A stretch of 64,000 nucleotides of DNA from Pseudobdellovibrionaceae bacterium (GCA_044359815.1 JBIKLL010000002.1:32001-96000); one strand, 5' to 3'; positions 36,883 through 47,652 are shown, numbered from the stretch's first letter. Numbers and translations: made by a program. The notes: a model not told the origin generated them from the letters alone.

Positions 36883-38169
36883 ATGCTCAAATTGAATTCA
36901 ATACCAAGACCAATTGCCATAATAGGTATGGGCCTGTCGGGTGAAGCCAGTCTTAAATTTTTAATCGAATCTGGAGTTCCGAGGAATGAAATCATCACCT
37001 TTGATGATCGGGGAATTGGTGCAGATGTCTCGGATCGAAATCAAATGGCTGCAATTAAAATCGGATGCATAGTTTTATCCCCAGGCGTTGCAATAAAATC
37101 AGATTTTGTACAAGGCCTACTGAGTGCTGGTGCCAAACTACTGTCCGAAGTTCAACTAGCATATGATTTAATCACTTCAGAAAAACTGATTGCAGTTACT
37201 GGGTCGTTGGGAAAGAGCACGACCACCAGCATGATTGGACAGGCGGCCAAAACTCAGGACCCCAATTGTTTTGTGGGTGGAAACTTGGGCCTGCCATTTA
37301 TAGAATATTTTCGTCATCTGATAAAACATCCAGATAAAAAGGCTCGGTTTATTGTACTGGAGCTTTCAAGCTTTCAGATCGAAGCTCTGCAAAACTTCAG
37401 AACCGATTGTTTGGTTTATACTTATTTGAGTAAAAATCACTTAGATCGCTACACTTCTGTGCAAGAATACTATGATTCCAAGTGGGCACTGACCCAATGG
37501 AACAAGGGCAAGATTTTTGTTAACCAAAAGGGTGGCGATCTGTTGGAGTACATAAAAAATAGACCCGAGGCAGTTTCAATAGTAAACATGGATTCTGCCG
37601 AAGGATTGCAAAAGTTTGGAATCTCTAAATTAAATGTTTTTGGAAAACACAATCTACAAAACGCAGCCCTGGCGTGCGAAGTCGCAAAATTTTTCGGTTG
37701 GAGCAATCAAGCATTCGAAGCCATTGCCAATTACAAGGGATTGAAGCACAGGCTGGAAACGGTCGCCGAAATTGGCGGAAAATTATTTATTAACGACAGT
37801 AAAGCCACTTCAATTGAATCAGTGCTGGCGGCGATTCACAGTCTGCGCGAAACATCCAGGCCACTACGAGTTTTAGTGGGTGGCAAGGACAAGGGTCTTG
37901 ATTGGACCCTGCTGGCTCCATTTGCAAAAACGAAAATTCAGTTTTATTTTTTTGGAGCTGACGGTGAATTTGTGAAACAAAAGTCAGGACTGAATGGATT
38001 AGTTTATAAAAAACTTTCTGATTGCTTAAGCTCCATCAAACCCATGATTCAAAAAGGCGATGTGATATTACTGGCTCCCGGTGGGACCAGTTTAGACGAA
38101 TTTAAATCATTTGAAGACCGGGGAGATTTTTTTAAATCTTGGGTTTTTACATTTCAAAATGAGCCTTGA
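36883..38169 (+). CDS. murD: UDP-N-acetylmuramoyl-L-alanine--D-glutamate ligase
   Basis: GMGLSG, SPGV, VTGSLGKSTTT, GGNLG, ELSSFQ, NHLDRY, HRLE, NDSKAT, S.DEFKSFEDRG. Confidence 0.93.
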   Translation: MLKLNSIPRPIAIIGMGLSGEASLKFLIESGVPRNEIITFDDRGIGADVSDRNQMAAIKIGCIVLSPGVAIKSDFVQGLLSAGAKLLSEVQLAYDLITSEKLIAVTGSLGKSTTTSMIGQAAKTQDPNCFVGGNLGLPFIEYFRHLIKHPDKKARFIVLELSSFQIEALQNFRTDCLVYTYLSKNHLDRYTSVQEYYDSKWALTQWNKGKIFVNQKGGDLLEYIKNRPEAVSIVNMDSAEGLQKFGISKLNVFGKHNLQNAALACEVAKFFGWSNQAFEAIANYKGLKHRLETVAEIGGKLFINDSKATSIESVLAAIHSLRETSRPLRVLVGGKDKGLDWTLLAPFAKTKIQFYFFGADGEFVKQKSGLNGLVYKKLSDCLSSIKPMIQKGDVILLAPGGTSLDEFKSFEDRGDFFKSWVFTFQNEP

Positions 38170-40147
38170 TGACATAAACTGTATTCACATCAACAATGGC
38201 TAATTGGGAATTTATAAATTCATTTTGGCTTGAAAGCATACTGACTGTATGCAGCCCGGTTGGAACATTGAACAAAATAAATCCACCACCAGGTACTGGC
38301 CGATCAACTGCCTCACCACTGGAGTCAAAGAACACAACATTATCCTGAATGTGCTCTTGCAATTGTGGTAAATAAAGTTCGTATTTATCCTGAGGTACAA
38401 ATCCAACAATCACACCAGTTTGCGGTATCTGGTTGATACGTCGGCTGGTGATCATTTTTTGCAACCAAGAATCTTTGATCAATGGAATATTGAAGCTATC
38501 GTGATTTTCCAGGTACGACATTCGAATCACATTGTAGGTCGGATCTTGAGGCGTTATTTCAGCAACACTCCATCGATGCAGATCTGGGAAAAATTGTTCA
38601 GACAATCCCTCGACAATCACTGGTTCTATAAAATTCTGAAACGTTACTTCTGCCACCTGACCAGAACCTTCAAAAGCATCAAAAACCTTAATGCTCATTT
38701 TGTTTTTAGTCAGCGTTCCCTTAAGCTCAACGGGTGAAACCGTATCAGCTTGCACAGGAATGTTTGCGTGCGAAAAATAATTGCCTGCTGTTTTTGCTAA
38801 CAACTGATAAACACCCTCAGGAAGATCTAAAACAGCAAAGTATCCTGAATCGCTAGTAGCTTTCAAAGTTGGATCCGGAAACAACATTTGATTAAAATAA
38901 ATTATTTTTGCTGAAGGATGTCCCTCTACTTCCACACTGATTCCAGAAACGATTTTACCGTCTTGTTTTACCTGTCCCCAGATGACAGAGCCATTGGGTT
39001 CATATTCAGATTGATAGCCAAAATCGGTGGCTATCATTTTTAATGAATCAATCATTTTTTTGCGAAACATAGGAACGTCAGCGTGTTCACCACTGGCAAA
39101 TATCGATAAGCTGGGTAAATAATCCGGTGCATTTTTACGCTTTACTTCATTAGCTTCAAAGTGTCCTACAGAAAAACTGTTGGGATGAATCCCAGGTAAA
39201 TTGAAAGTACCTAATTCATCTGAAACATCTTTACTGCCAGTGGCAGAGTAATAATGATTTGCTTTAACTTTTCTGTTGGGATTATCAAACTGTGAAATGG
39301 TTGTTGAATAGTCATTTTTGGCTTTTTTGATTGTGATTTTGTATTGCCCCTGATTGGATTCCGACAATCGCAACGTTCCTTCACCGACAGGAAATCCATT
39401 TTCGTTCAAAAGTTTTGCCACCAAGAATCCACTTTTGTTGTCTACATTGATCACAAATTGATTTGTCTTTCGGTCCCAAGAACCTAATTCTTTATAGACG
39501 TCATCTTCCTTGTGCCTGACTTCGATCGTCGAACCTTTAACAAAGGGCAGTCCTTCAGTTACAACTATATTACCAGTCAATGTCTGCTTACCCCGCCCCT
39601 GATCGTACTGTGGCTTGATTTGCTGGGGCTGCACAACTAATTGTTGAGCCACTGCTTCAGAAGCAGCTTGCTGGACCGATTCGGGTTCTTCAGAGGAAAT
39701 GGAAATCGATTTATTCATTCTTTGCAGTTCTTCGATTCTCATTTTCTGGGCTCTGTTCAGATTAAGGTCTGACAAATCGATTTGTCCTGCATTCACAATA
39801 TCCCTAGTAGATTCATAGGAAATTTTGACTTCTGGAATTTCTATTTTTCTGGAACGGATGTCAGTCACTGTTAGAGTCTGGTCAGAAAAACTTTGTAAAT
39901 CGATTTTTGATTCAGTGGATTTATCCAGATTTTCAAACTCTGGATTGATCGGTAAAGATTCTTTTTTTAAATGCTCAAACAATAGCCTTGGGGGATCATT
40001 TTTATTGGTCAAAATTTCCAGTGGTTTAGATATCCATTTGATTGTCAGATGGTTAGTCTTGGCTGGATAGGCTGCCGCCAACCCCAACAGACACAAGGCT
40101 AAGCCGTGACTATTAATATTATGATATTTGAACAAACGAATAACCAT
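38147..40147 (-). CDS. Large hypothetical envelope protein with carboxypeptidase-regulatory-like beta-sandwich repeats
   Basis: N-terminal TM; repeats such as IWGQV...GISVEV...TSDSGYFAVLDLPEGVYQL and GGFILFNVPTGLHTV. Confidence 0.7.
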   Translation of the reverse strand: MVIRLFKYHNINSHGLALCLLGLAAAYPAKTNHLTIKWISKPLEILTNKNDPPRLLFEHLKKESLPINPEFENLDKSTESKIDLQSFSDQTLTVTDIRSRKIEIPEVKISYESTRDIVNAGQIDLSDLNLNRAQKMRIEELQRMNKSISISSEEPESVQQAASEAVAQQLVVQPQQIKPQYDQGRGKQTLTGNIVVTEGLPFVKGSTIEVRHKEDDVYKELGSWDRKTNQFVINVDNKSGFLVAKLLNENGFPVGEGTLRLSESNQGQYKITIKKAKNDYSTTISQFDNPNRKVKANHYYSATGSKDVSDELGTFNLPGIHPNSFSVGHFEANEVKRKNAPDYLPSLSIFASGEHADVPMFRKKMIDSLKMIATDFGYQSEYEPNGSVIWGQVKQDGKIVSGISVEVEGHPSAKIIYFNQMLFPDPTLKATSDSGYFAVLDLPEGVYQLLAKTAGNYFSHANIPVQADTVSPVELKGTLTKNKMSIKVFDAFEGSGQVAEVTFQNFIEPVIVEGLSEQFFPDLHRWSVAEITPQDPTYNVIRMSYLENHDSFNIPLIKDSWLQKMITSRRINQIPQTGVIVGFVPQDKYELYLPQLQEHIQDNVVFFDSSGEAVDRPVPGGGFILFNVPTGLHTVSMLSSQNEFINSQLAIVDVNTVYVIKAHFEM

Positions 40148-40167
40148 ATGACTACCTTCCATGGTAT

Positions 40168-40635
40168 TTAGAAGGGTCGAAAATCGTCAATTACGTTCTT
40201 TTCTTCGCGACTTTGGGCAAGAGCGGCTTTGAACTCATTTATTAGTTTTTTTGTGATGTTAGCGTCTTCTCCAACTTCAACATATTGCCCCTGAGATCTT
40301 CTTTCAACTATGGTGACTATGCGAACTTCGTAGGGGCGACGTTCACCCAGTATAGTAAATATCGAATACAATCTTTCTGCAGATTTCTCTGGATTAAAGT
40401 TCGGGTCTGGCTTTCTGGAAAAATAGGGTGAATAGAATTCGCGCTGATTATCAGACATTTTACGAGGCTCGCCCCCCGAAACAATGTTGATAGATTTCCG
40501 GATAACTCCCACCGATCGATTAATGTCAGAGACCTTCATCCCGGTGGCGCATCCAATGATACTTAAGAAACTTATTAATATTAAAAACCTAAAAATAATC
40601 TTCAAATGTATAAAGTCGCCCTGGCTTTTGCTCAT
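40168..40635 (-). CDS. Hypothetical lipoprotein
   Basis: Hydrophobic stretch ending IIGC. True start is probably downstream (e.g. TTG at 40605). Confidence 0.7.
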   Translation of the reverse strand: MSKSQGDFIHLKIIFRFLILISFLSIIGCATGMKVSDINRSVGVIRKSINIVSGGEPRKMSDNQREFYSPYFSRKPDPNFNPEKSAERLYSIFTILGERRPYEVRIVTIVERRSQGQYVEVGEDANITKKLINEFKAALAQSREEKNVIDDFRPF

Positions 40636-41263
40636 GCAACCATTTTGCTACCTTTACTGCGCCTTTTGCAAATACCTGTCGATTTAATGCCGTATGTGAA
40701 AACTCAATTATTTCGCTTTCCGACATGGCGTAAACATTGTGAATGCCAAAAATGCCTCCACCTCTAACGCCAACAGGTTGTTTTGATTTAGAACTCTTAG
40801 GTAGGGCTTTTTGCAACATCAGTGCAGTTCCTGATGGATTATCCTTTTTTTGATTATGGTGAAATTCCACAATCTGAAAATCAAAATCGCTCAGGTAGTT
40901 AAAAACTTGCATGGCTTTTCTGAGTGCAGCGACACCCAAGCTCATGTTGGCTGAATAAAAAACCCGCTTGGTTTTTGCAGCAGCCGATATTTTCTTAAGT
41001 TGGGTTTCGTTAAAACCTGTGGTTCCAATTACCAGTCCCACGTCTAGATCTTTTGTCTTTTGCAACAGCTGCATAGTGAACTGGGGATTACTAAAATCAA
41101 TGATCACATCAGCTTCAAACTGTCCCTTAAAAGTCTTTGCAAGATTAGTTCGTCCTATTTGATGGGTCACTTGAAACGAAAAATCTTTGGTTCTTGATAT
41201 AACATCCAGCTCGCGCCCCATTTTACCAGACGCACCTGAAATTGCGATTTTGATTCTACTCAT
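40589..41263 (-). CDS. dapB: 4-hydroxy-tetrahydrodipicolinate reductase
   Basis: GASGKMG, IDFS, IGTTG, E.HHNQKKDNPSGTA, FAKGA. Confidence 0.94.
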   Translation of the reverse strand: MSRIKIAISGASGKMGRELDVISRTKDFSFQVTHQIGRTNLAKTFKGQFEADVIIDFSNPQFTMQLLQKTKDLDVGLVIGTTGFNETQLKKISAAAKTKRVFYSANMSLGVAALRKAMQVFNYLSDFDFQIVEFHHNQKKDNPSGTALMLQKALPKSSKSKQPVGVRGGGIFGIHNVYAMSESEIIEFSHTALNRQVFAKGAVKVAKWLHEQKPGRLYTFEDYF

Positions 41264-42105
41264 AACAGACCTCGCTTGTTCAGTTCTGCTTTAATTTTCA
41301 TCGCAGAGGTTTCGGTTGATTCAACCAATGGTAATCGCAATTCAGCGCTACTGATGATTCCCATAAGCTGAAGCATTTTTTTAACTGGTATAGGATTCCC
41401 CTCGCTAAACATCATTTCGATTAATTCGCGATTAGTTCTGATGCGCTGATTTTTGATTTCTTTAGGAATCACATGAGAAGCGACGCTGATACAGCCGTGT
41501 CCGCCAACTTGCATGAATTCCTCGTAAGTTAAATCATCACCTGACAGCAGAATAAAACTTTCTCCACATTGGGCAGAAATCTGTTTTGCAAATTCAATAT
41601 TTCCACTGGCTTCTTTGATTCCGATTATCTGAGGGTGCTCAGACAGTTTTTTGATTGTTTCAATTTCCAAGGCAGTGATTGTCCGACCAGGTACGTTGTA
41701 AAGTATGGATGGGATATTAACTGAACTGGCGATTGTTTTAAAATGTTCAAACAAGCCTCTTTGTGGTGGCTTATTGTAATAGGGAACCACTAACAGCAAA
41801 GCATCCGCCCCCCAGGCTTCGCATTCCTTAGAAAACAACACAGTATTTGCTGTGGAATTAGATCCTGATCCTAAAATTAAGGGAAAATTTTTGGGAACTT
41901 TTCCTTTGATAAAATCAAAAATTTCTTTAACTTCACGCTTATCCAAATTGGGACTTTCAGCAGTTGTTCCATTGACGACAAATCCATCGATTGAATTTTT
42001 AAGCTGAAAATCGATCAATTTTTCTAGCGATTGAAAATCAATTTTATTGTTTTTGAATGGCGTTATTAAGGCTGTAAAGACACCTTTAAATTTATTTAAA
42101 TCCAT
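41260..42105 (-). CDS. dapA: 4-hydroxy-tetrahydrodipicolinate synthase
   Basis: TALITPF, GTTAES, PYYNKP, LYNVPGRT, GIKEASG. Confidence 0.96.
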   Translation of the reverse strand: MDLNKFKGVFTALITPFKNNKIDFQSLEKLIDFQLKNSIDGFVVNGTTAESPNLDKREVKEIFDFIKGKVPKNFPLILGSGSNSTANTVLFSKECEAWGADALLLVVPYYNKPPQRGLFEHFKTIASSVNIPSILYNVPGRTITALEIETIKKLSEHPQIIGIKEASGNIEFAKQISAQCGESFILLSGDDLTYEEFMQVGGHGCISVASHVIPKEIKNQRIRTNRELIEMMFSEGNPIPVKKMLQLMGIISSAELRLPLVESTETSAMKIKAELNKRGLL

Positions 42106-42844
42106 AATTTAAGCTTTTAACTATCCGCGCGGGTCCCTTCAAAACGGGTATATCACCTTTGCCAGTAAAGTGAACTGCTAAATTTCCGCCGGGCATTTGG
42201 ATTTTAATTTTTCGTTTCTGAGGATTTTTTAATTTGCAGGCGAACGCTGCTGCTATGGCTCCAGTCCCACAAGCTTGGGTAAAATCTTCAACCCCTCGTT
42301 CAAAAGTTACAGCAAAAACTTTTTTGCCCCTTACAGATATAAAAGTCACGTTTGCGTTCTCAGTCTTTCGAAGCTTTGCTGCCATTTTTTTATCTGGTTT
42401 AGCCCAAACCACACAATGGGGAACCCCTGAATTAATTTTCGCAAATAGATCGGTAGTTTTGATAAGCTTAACTGAATAAGGCATTTTGACCTTTGGATTG
42501 CGCTCATCTGATAGATTTGCCTGAACTAGCCCCAGTTGACTTCTGAATGTGATCTTTTGTTTTTTCTTTATTTTTTTGCTGAACAGGTGGGTTACCGCCC
42601 GCGAAGCATTTCCACACATTTCAGCCTTGGACCCATCAGAATTATAAAAGTCCCATTTGAAATCCGCAGTTTTGTCTGCCAACAGAAAAACGCAACCATC
42701 AGTCTTAAGTTTTTTGCAAATACTGATGATAAATTTCTGTTTGTTAAATTTCGGTATAAGGTTTTTTTCAAAAAAAGGTATTACTGAAAACGTATTGCCA
42801 CAAGCATCTGTTTTAAAAACCTCAATCTTCATTTTCTTCGTCAT
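42092..42844 (-). CDS. dapF: Diaminopimelate epimerase (divergent)
   Basis: GNTF, YNSDGSKAEMCGNA, GVPH, ERGVE..TQACGTGA; both catalytic Cys present. Start may be 42832. Confidence 0.92.
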   Translation of the reverse strand: MTKKMKIEVFKTDACGNTFSVIPFFEKNLIPKFNKQKFIISICKKLKTDGCVFLLADKTADFKWDFYNSDGSKAEMCGNASRAVTHLFSKKIKKKQKITFRSQLGLVQANLSDERNPKVKMPYSVKLIKTTDLFAKINSGVPHCVVWAKPDKKMAAKLRKTENANVTFISVRGKKVFAVTFERGVEDFTQACGTGAIAAAFACKLKNPQKRKIKIQMPGGNLAVHFTGKGDIPVLKGPARIVKSLNYGFK

Positions 42845-43031
42845 TATTTTCTTCAGCCTCCCAATCCTTGTTTTTATTCAAGGACCGCCTTTGTTCGGCT
42901 GGCTTTGCCAAGCTGGGTTTGCCTCGGCCAATAGTGGGTGGCTCCAATGGAGGTAAAGGATTGCCCTTAACCCCACAGGATAAATTTAATAACATGTACA
43001 GAGCTAAAAAAATTTGTATCAGCTTAATCAT
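42822..43031 (-). CDS. Small lipoprotein of LptM/YifL/LppL type
   Basis: LSC-GVKGNPLPP resembles the CGxKGPLxxP motif; lies immediately upstream of dapF. Confidence 0.7.
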   Translation of the reverse strand: MIKLIQIFLALYMLLNLSCGVKGNPLPPLEPPTIGRGKPSLAKPAEQRRSLNKNKDWEAEENNDEENED

Positions 43032-43942
43032 TTTTTAATATTGTTATATTTTTTTAAAAAGGATTCAACCTCTGATACCCTCGTACACAAAAAGGGTTCG
43101 CTCAGATATTTTCTGAAATTCCTGGGTGTCATGGACTTGCAAAGCGAGACATATTTGAGAGCAGATCCTTCTGAAGGATCCTTTTTATCCAGTTGAGCCC
43201 GCCATTTCCAATAATGCACTTCGGGAAATCCGGGATCTAATTTAATGGCTAAGTCTGTGGTTTCAATGGCTTTGGAGAATGAGGAAGACTTAAACAAATA
43301 CTCAGTTTCCGCAGTCAGCCAAAATAAAGCCAGTTCAGATTTTTTATGATCGATGGGTTTTGACATCAAGTATTTATTAAAGTTGCCCATACACAGGGCT
43401 ACCTGCCCAACCAGCAGATTTACTTGGTCAGAAAAAACAGCATATTCAGATATTTTTTCAAGCTTTTCGTTGGCCCTGTCACATTCTGACATCAGAATCA
43501 ATGTTCTGGCCCATTGGATTTCAATGTCTAAATTATCAATTTCGGTTTTTTGAGACTCTGCGATTTTTTCAAGTGCACCTCGGGGGTCTGTCGCAATCAA
43601 AGCCAATCCAATTTCAAACTGTGACTGAGACTTATCGCTTAAAAAATGGGAAGCTATTTGTTGAAAAACTGTCTGCAGCTCTTTGTGCGCCCCAGATTTT
43701 TTGCCTTCCTTTTTTTGCGCCATCAACAAAATCCTAAGCGCTTGCCCACGAGCCCCCTGCAAAAACAGATTCTGAGCTTTTTCTATGACGTCTTTGTAGG
43801 TTTCAGTTTTGACTTCGCTATTAGCCCAAGCTGCATTGATCAGGATGTGATTTGCAAAGCCGGCTTGAGCTAAACTGCAGAAAATAAAAAGGGCCACAAT
43901 AAATGTGACCCTTTTAAAATTATTCAAATGACTGAAACGCAT
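43028..43942 (-). CDS. Exported TPR-like protein
   Basis: Signal peptide; helical repeats (AIKLDPGFPEVHYW). Confidence 0.7.
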   Translation of the reverse strand: MRFSHLNNFKRVTFIVALFIFCSLAQAGFANHILINAAWANSEVKTETYKDVIEKAQNLFLQGARGQALRILLMAQKKEGKKSGAHKELQTVFQQIASHFLSDKSQSQFEIGLALIATDPRGALEKIAESQKTEIDNLDIEIQWARTLILMSECDRANEKLEKISEYAVFSDQVNLLVGQVALCMGNFNKYLMSKPIDHKKSELALFWLTAETEYLFKSSSFSKAIETTDLAIKLDPGFPEVHYWKWRAQLDKKDPSEGSALKYVSLCKSMTPRNFRKYLSEPFLCTRVSEVESFLKKYNNIKK

Positions 43943-43943
43943 C

Positions 43944-44519
43944 CTACTTTTTAACAAAAGATTTTAATTGCGCAACTACTTGTCCAATTTGTGAAGGAAT
44001 AACTGATTTAACCATGCCGCCAACAGGAATCAATTTAGGATTAATCCATTGTTCAACAATTGAATTATCAGATTTTTGCTTAACTTTGAAATAGATTGTC
44101 TGAAAGGTTCCCGCTGGAACTGTTACCGAAGCTTCTTTTGATTCGATAACTTCAATTTCGCCGCCCTCAGGTGGTTTTTGTTCTTGTCCATTGCAAACCA
44201 TTTTTTTAATGGCACCTGTGTTGGGATCCATAGAAACATCACAGCTTTGCTCCTGGCCTAAAATGTTTACTGTTTGGTTCAACACAACCTCTGCCGCAGT
44301 GACAGATTTAATCGACATCACCATAGTTGCAGGTATAAATCCCGCAATCGTCATGTCATAAGTTGCTGATTCGCCTTCCTTGAACATAGGCTCGCCAGCA
44401 GCAAGCGTTGATGAAAACTGTTGTGCAACAGCATCAACGACAGCCATTGATTCAAAGTTTGCATTTGCGGTCATTCCTATCACTAACGCTATAAGCGCAG
44501 TTGCTAATTTAGAAAACAT
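43944..44519 (-). CDS. Hypothetical exported beta-rich protein
   Basis: GGAGGG RBS, signal peptide (ANA), VTVPAGTF motif. Confidence 0.75.
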   Translation of the reverse strand: MFSKLATALIALVIGMTANANFESMAVVDAVAQQFSSTLAAGEPMFKEGESATYDMTIAGFIPATMVMSIKSVTAAEVVLNQTVNILGQEQSCDVSMDPNTGAIKKMVCNGQEQKPPEGGEIEVIESKEASVTVPAGTFQTIYFKVKQKSDNSIVEQWINPKLIPVGGMVKSVIPSQIGQVVAQLKSFVKK

Positions 44520-44599
44520 ATTCCCTCCTGTTTTGGTCCACTGAATGTGGTATTAGGGGAACATCATTTCATTGATAAAAAAAGTGTCAAAGAAAAAAT

Positions 44600-46888
44600 T
44601 TATTCCATCAGACGTGACAGATCATTAACCAAAACTTGACGCGGTTTGCTTCCGTTAGCCGGTCCAACCACACCCTCGCGTTCAAAAGTCTCTATCAGCC
44701 TGGCTGCGCGGGGATACCCTAGGCTAAATCGCCTTTGTATTAGGGAAGCGCTGATTTCCCGTTGGCTTGCTGCCCATTGTAAGATCTCATCATATCTTTC
44801 ATCGTATTCTTCCTCGGATGAGTCACCATCAAAACCCAGAGAATCAGATCCTGAGCTGCCTTGCTCCATTGCCTTGATTGCAGTCAGATCAAATTGCGGC
44901 TCGGCCTGATCTGACCAGAATTCAGTCACAGCTTTAATATCAGAGTCTTTTAAAAATGGTCCGTGGTGCCTGACTAACTGAGAATTTCCCGGGCTCTTAT
45001 AAAGCATATCCCCTTGGGCCAACAGTCTTTCCCCACCTGTTTCATCCAAAATAATTCTGGAATCCATACCCGAGTTAACTTTGAAACTGATCCTTCCAGG
45101 TATGTTGGTTTTGATCAATCCTGTTACGACTTCTTTACGAGGACTCTGCATAGCTAGTATCAAGTGTATGCCGCAAGCTCGAGCCATTTGGGCCAATCGG
45201 ACAACTGCAGATTCAACATTAGCTTTATCCACCGCCATCAGATCGCCAAATTCCTCAACCACAATCACTATGTAAGGCAATTGATTGAAATAATATTGTT
45301 CGCCTTTTTTGCCAGGAGTGTTTTCAAATTCTTCATTAGTAGCTTCGTGCTGTTTCAGTTCATCAGCAGTCAGTTTGGACACAGATTCATTAAAAGCTTC
45401 CAGACCGCGAGCCGAAAATCGACTCATAGATCGATAGCGTTTTTCCATTTCCTTAACGGCCCACTTAAGCGCAATAACAGCTTGTTTTGGATCTATCACA
45501 ATAGGCATGGCTAAATGGGGAACTTCTTCAAATGCCGCTAGGTCTACCTGTTTAGGGTCTACCAAAATTAATTTTAAGGTTTTTGGAGAATGCTTAAACA
45601 ACAAACCTGTTATTGCAGACACAGTGAACACTGATTTGCCAGAACCCGTAGTGCCCGCAACCATCAGATGAGGGATTTTTCTGAGATCAACAATTTTTGG
45701 ATCACCGTTAGCCTGTTTGCCCAAAGCCAACGGCAGCTTCATTTCGTCTTTCCAAAATTCTTCCTCTGCCAATAGGTCCTTCAGATAAACTGTTTCACGT
45801 TGCAGGTTAGAAGTTTCAATTCCAACCACGTCACGACCTGGGATCGGAGCAATTATTCTGAGCGATTCACTGCTTAGCGCCAGTGCTAAATCATCCTCAA
45901 GTTCAGTGATTTTGCTGACCCGAACATTGGCTTCTGGTTTGAATTCAAACATCGTCACTGCGGGACCTGGTTTTGCCGCAACGACTTCACCCATCACGGA
46001 AAACTGTGACAACTTGTCGGTTAACAGATCGGCTTTTTTGCGAATCTCGCGCTCGTCTAGCTTAATTCTGCTTGCGGGCGGGTCTTCGATCAAACCAAGC
46101 TTTGGCAGTTCCCAGTTTTCAATCTTAGTCTGTATTTTGGTTTTCAGAGTCACTTTGCGCCGCTGATTGGGTTCAATATTTATTGGCTCGACAAACTGTT
46201 CTTGAATATTTGGCTTAACGGTTTTCACTTCACTCAATGGAAAGTCTGGCTGTTTTTCCAGAGGTCTTTCGATCGGTTTAACTTGAGGGATATTGACGAT
46301 TGATTTAGCAGATTTTGGTTTTTGAATTTTTATAAATTTTATCGATTTAAATTTCCCAAAAACAGAGGCTAATAATCCAGAGAATGAACCCTCAAAAATC
46401 ATTAGCAAACATACTGAAAAAACGCCCCAAACAAATATTTGTGCTCCGATTTTATTTAAGAATAACACCAGAATCTTTGCAACAGCCCACCCAGTGACTC
46501 CACCAATTAAAATATGATCTTGCAGAATTCTTTGTTCAGGCAAATAAATCGAACTGGCTGTGCTGATTAAAACCGTGAATACCACAGTCCATCCCAGCTT
46601 GTTGCCAAGGTTTTCATTTTTGCTTTTCAATAATCCAATGACTCCAATCCAAAAAAACACACACACCGAGATCCAGGCAGAGGCACCAAAAAGCTGCAAC
46701 AGGGCATCACTTAAAAAGCTTCCCACATAGCCACAAAGGTTTTTGGGTGAGCTCATAATATTACCAATTGAGTTGATGGAAGGATCCTTGGGGTTGTAAC
46801 TGATCAATGAAGCTGAAACAAAAATAGTCGAAGCAATAATTACTAGGCTAAAAATATCGGACTTTACTCGGTTGAAAAGCTTACTCAT
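44600..46888 (-). CDS. ftsK: DNA translocase FtsK
   Basis: N-terminal TMs, PHLMVAGTTGSGKS, RLAQMARACGIHL, GERLLAQGDML, gamma domain S.SLIQRRFSLGYPRAARL; start MSKLFN at 46888. Confidence 0.96.
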   Translation of the reverse strand: MSKLFNRVKSDIFSLVIIASTIFVSASLISYNPKDPSINSIGNIMSSPKNLCGYVGSFLSDALLQLFGASAWISVCVFFWIGVIGLLKSKNENLGNKLGWTVVFTVLISTASSIYLPEQRILQDHILIGGVTGWAVAKILVLFLNKIGAQIFVWGVFSVCLLMIFEGSFSGLLASVFGKFKSIKFIKIQKPKSAKSIVNIPQVKPIERPLEKQPDFPLSEVKTVKPNIQEQFVEPINIEPNQRRKVTLKTKIQTKIENWELPKLGLIEDPPASRIKLDEREIRKKADLLTDKLSQFSVMGEVVAAKPGPAVTMFEFKPEANVRVSKITELEDDLALALSSESLRIIAPIPGRDVVGIETSNLQRETVYLKDLLAEEEFWKDEMKLPLALGKQANGDPKIVDLRKIPHLMVAGTTGSGKSVFTVSAITGLLFKHSPKTLKLILVDPKQVDLAAFEEVPHLAMPIVIDPKQAVIALKWAVKEMEKRYRSMSRFSARGLEAFNESVSKLTADELKQHEATNEEFENTPGKKGEQYYFNQLPYIVIVVEEFGDLMAVDKANVESAVVRLAQMARACGIHLILAMQSPRKEVVTGLIKTNIPGRISFKVNSGMDSRIILDETGGERLLAQGDMLYKSPGNSQLVRHHGPFLKDSDIKAVTEFWSDQAEPQFDLTAIKAMEQGSSGSDSLGFDGDSSEEEYDERYDEILQWAASQREISASLIQRRFSLGYPRAARLIETFEREGVVGPANGSKPRQVLVNDLSRLME

Positions 46889-47016
46889 CGTGTAATAGTT
46901 TATTAAGAATCCTAGGCGGTTGAGTAGCCCAGATCCTGCCCATGCTTGACTTTGGTCGTTAGATATCAAAAAACCAGGCCTCTGTAGGTGTGTAAGGTGA
47001 GTGGGTGCGTTCAATT

Positions 47017-47652
47017 ATGAAAATAAACGAAATGTTTTATTCAATTCAGGGCGAAAGCAGTTTTGTTGGCTACCCAACCTTTTTTGTCCGCACGACAGGC
47101 TGCAATCTCAGGTGCACTTATTGCGACACCCAGTACGCTTATTATGAAGGTTCAGATTTAGAAATCGACGCAATTGTTGATTCAGCCGTAAAGTCTGGCG
47201 CAAAACATGTGTGCTTAACGGGCGGCGAACCTTTGTTACAAAAAGATATTTATCAGCTGATGAAAGCTTTGTTGCAAAAGCAATTTGTGGTTTCACTAGA
47301 AACTTCGGGGTCAAAATCAATTGCTGAGGTTCCAGAAGATATAAAAATTATTTTGGATGTCAAAACTCCAGATAGTGGTGCCGCAGATTCTTTCTGGGCA
47401 GAGAACTTGAAGTTCATTCGGCCCAGTACCGAATTCAAATTTGTCGTCTGCAGTGAGAGGGATCTTGAATGGTCAGAAAACTTCTGTCGTCAACATCAAA
47501 TCTTCGGCAAAAACATGGTTTTATACAGCCCATCATACGGAAAAATGGACGCAAGGTGGTTGGCAGAAAAAATTTTGCAGCAAAAATCAGAAGCACGCTT
47601 GCAATTACAGCTACATAAATATATCTGGTGTTCTGAAACGCGCGGAGTTTGA
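47017..47652 (+). CDS. queE: 7-carboxy-7-deazaguanine synthase-like radical SAM enzyme
   Basis: FYSIQGE, GCNLRCTYCDT, TGGEPL, LETSG, QLHKYIW. Confidence 0.88.
   Translation: MKINEMFYSIQGESSFVGYPTFFVRTTGCNLRCTYCDTQYAYYEGSDLEIDAIVDSAVKSGAKHVCLTGGEPLLQKDIYQLMKALLQKQFVVSLETSGSKSIAEVPEDIKIILDVKTPDSGAADSFWAENLKFIRPSTEFKFVVCSERDLEWSENFCRQHQIFGKNMVLYSPSYGKMDARWLAEKILQQKSEARLQLQLHKYIWCSETRGV

Noticed and set aside
47017..47652. queE as part of a 7-deazaguanine DNA-modification (dpd) defence island
   Set aside because: No dpdA/tgt-like, queC, queD or folE neighbours; it sits in a housekeeping context with fis and dnaB.
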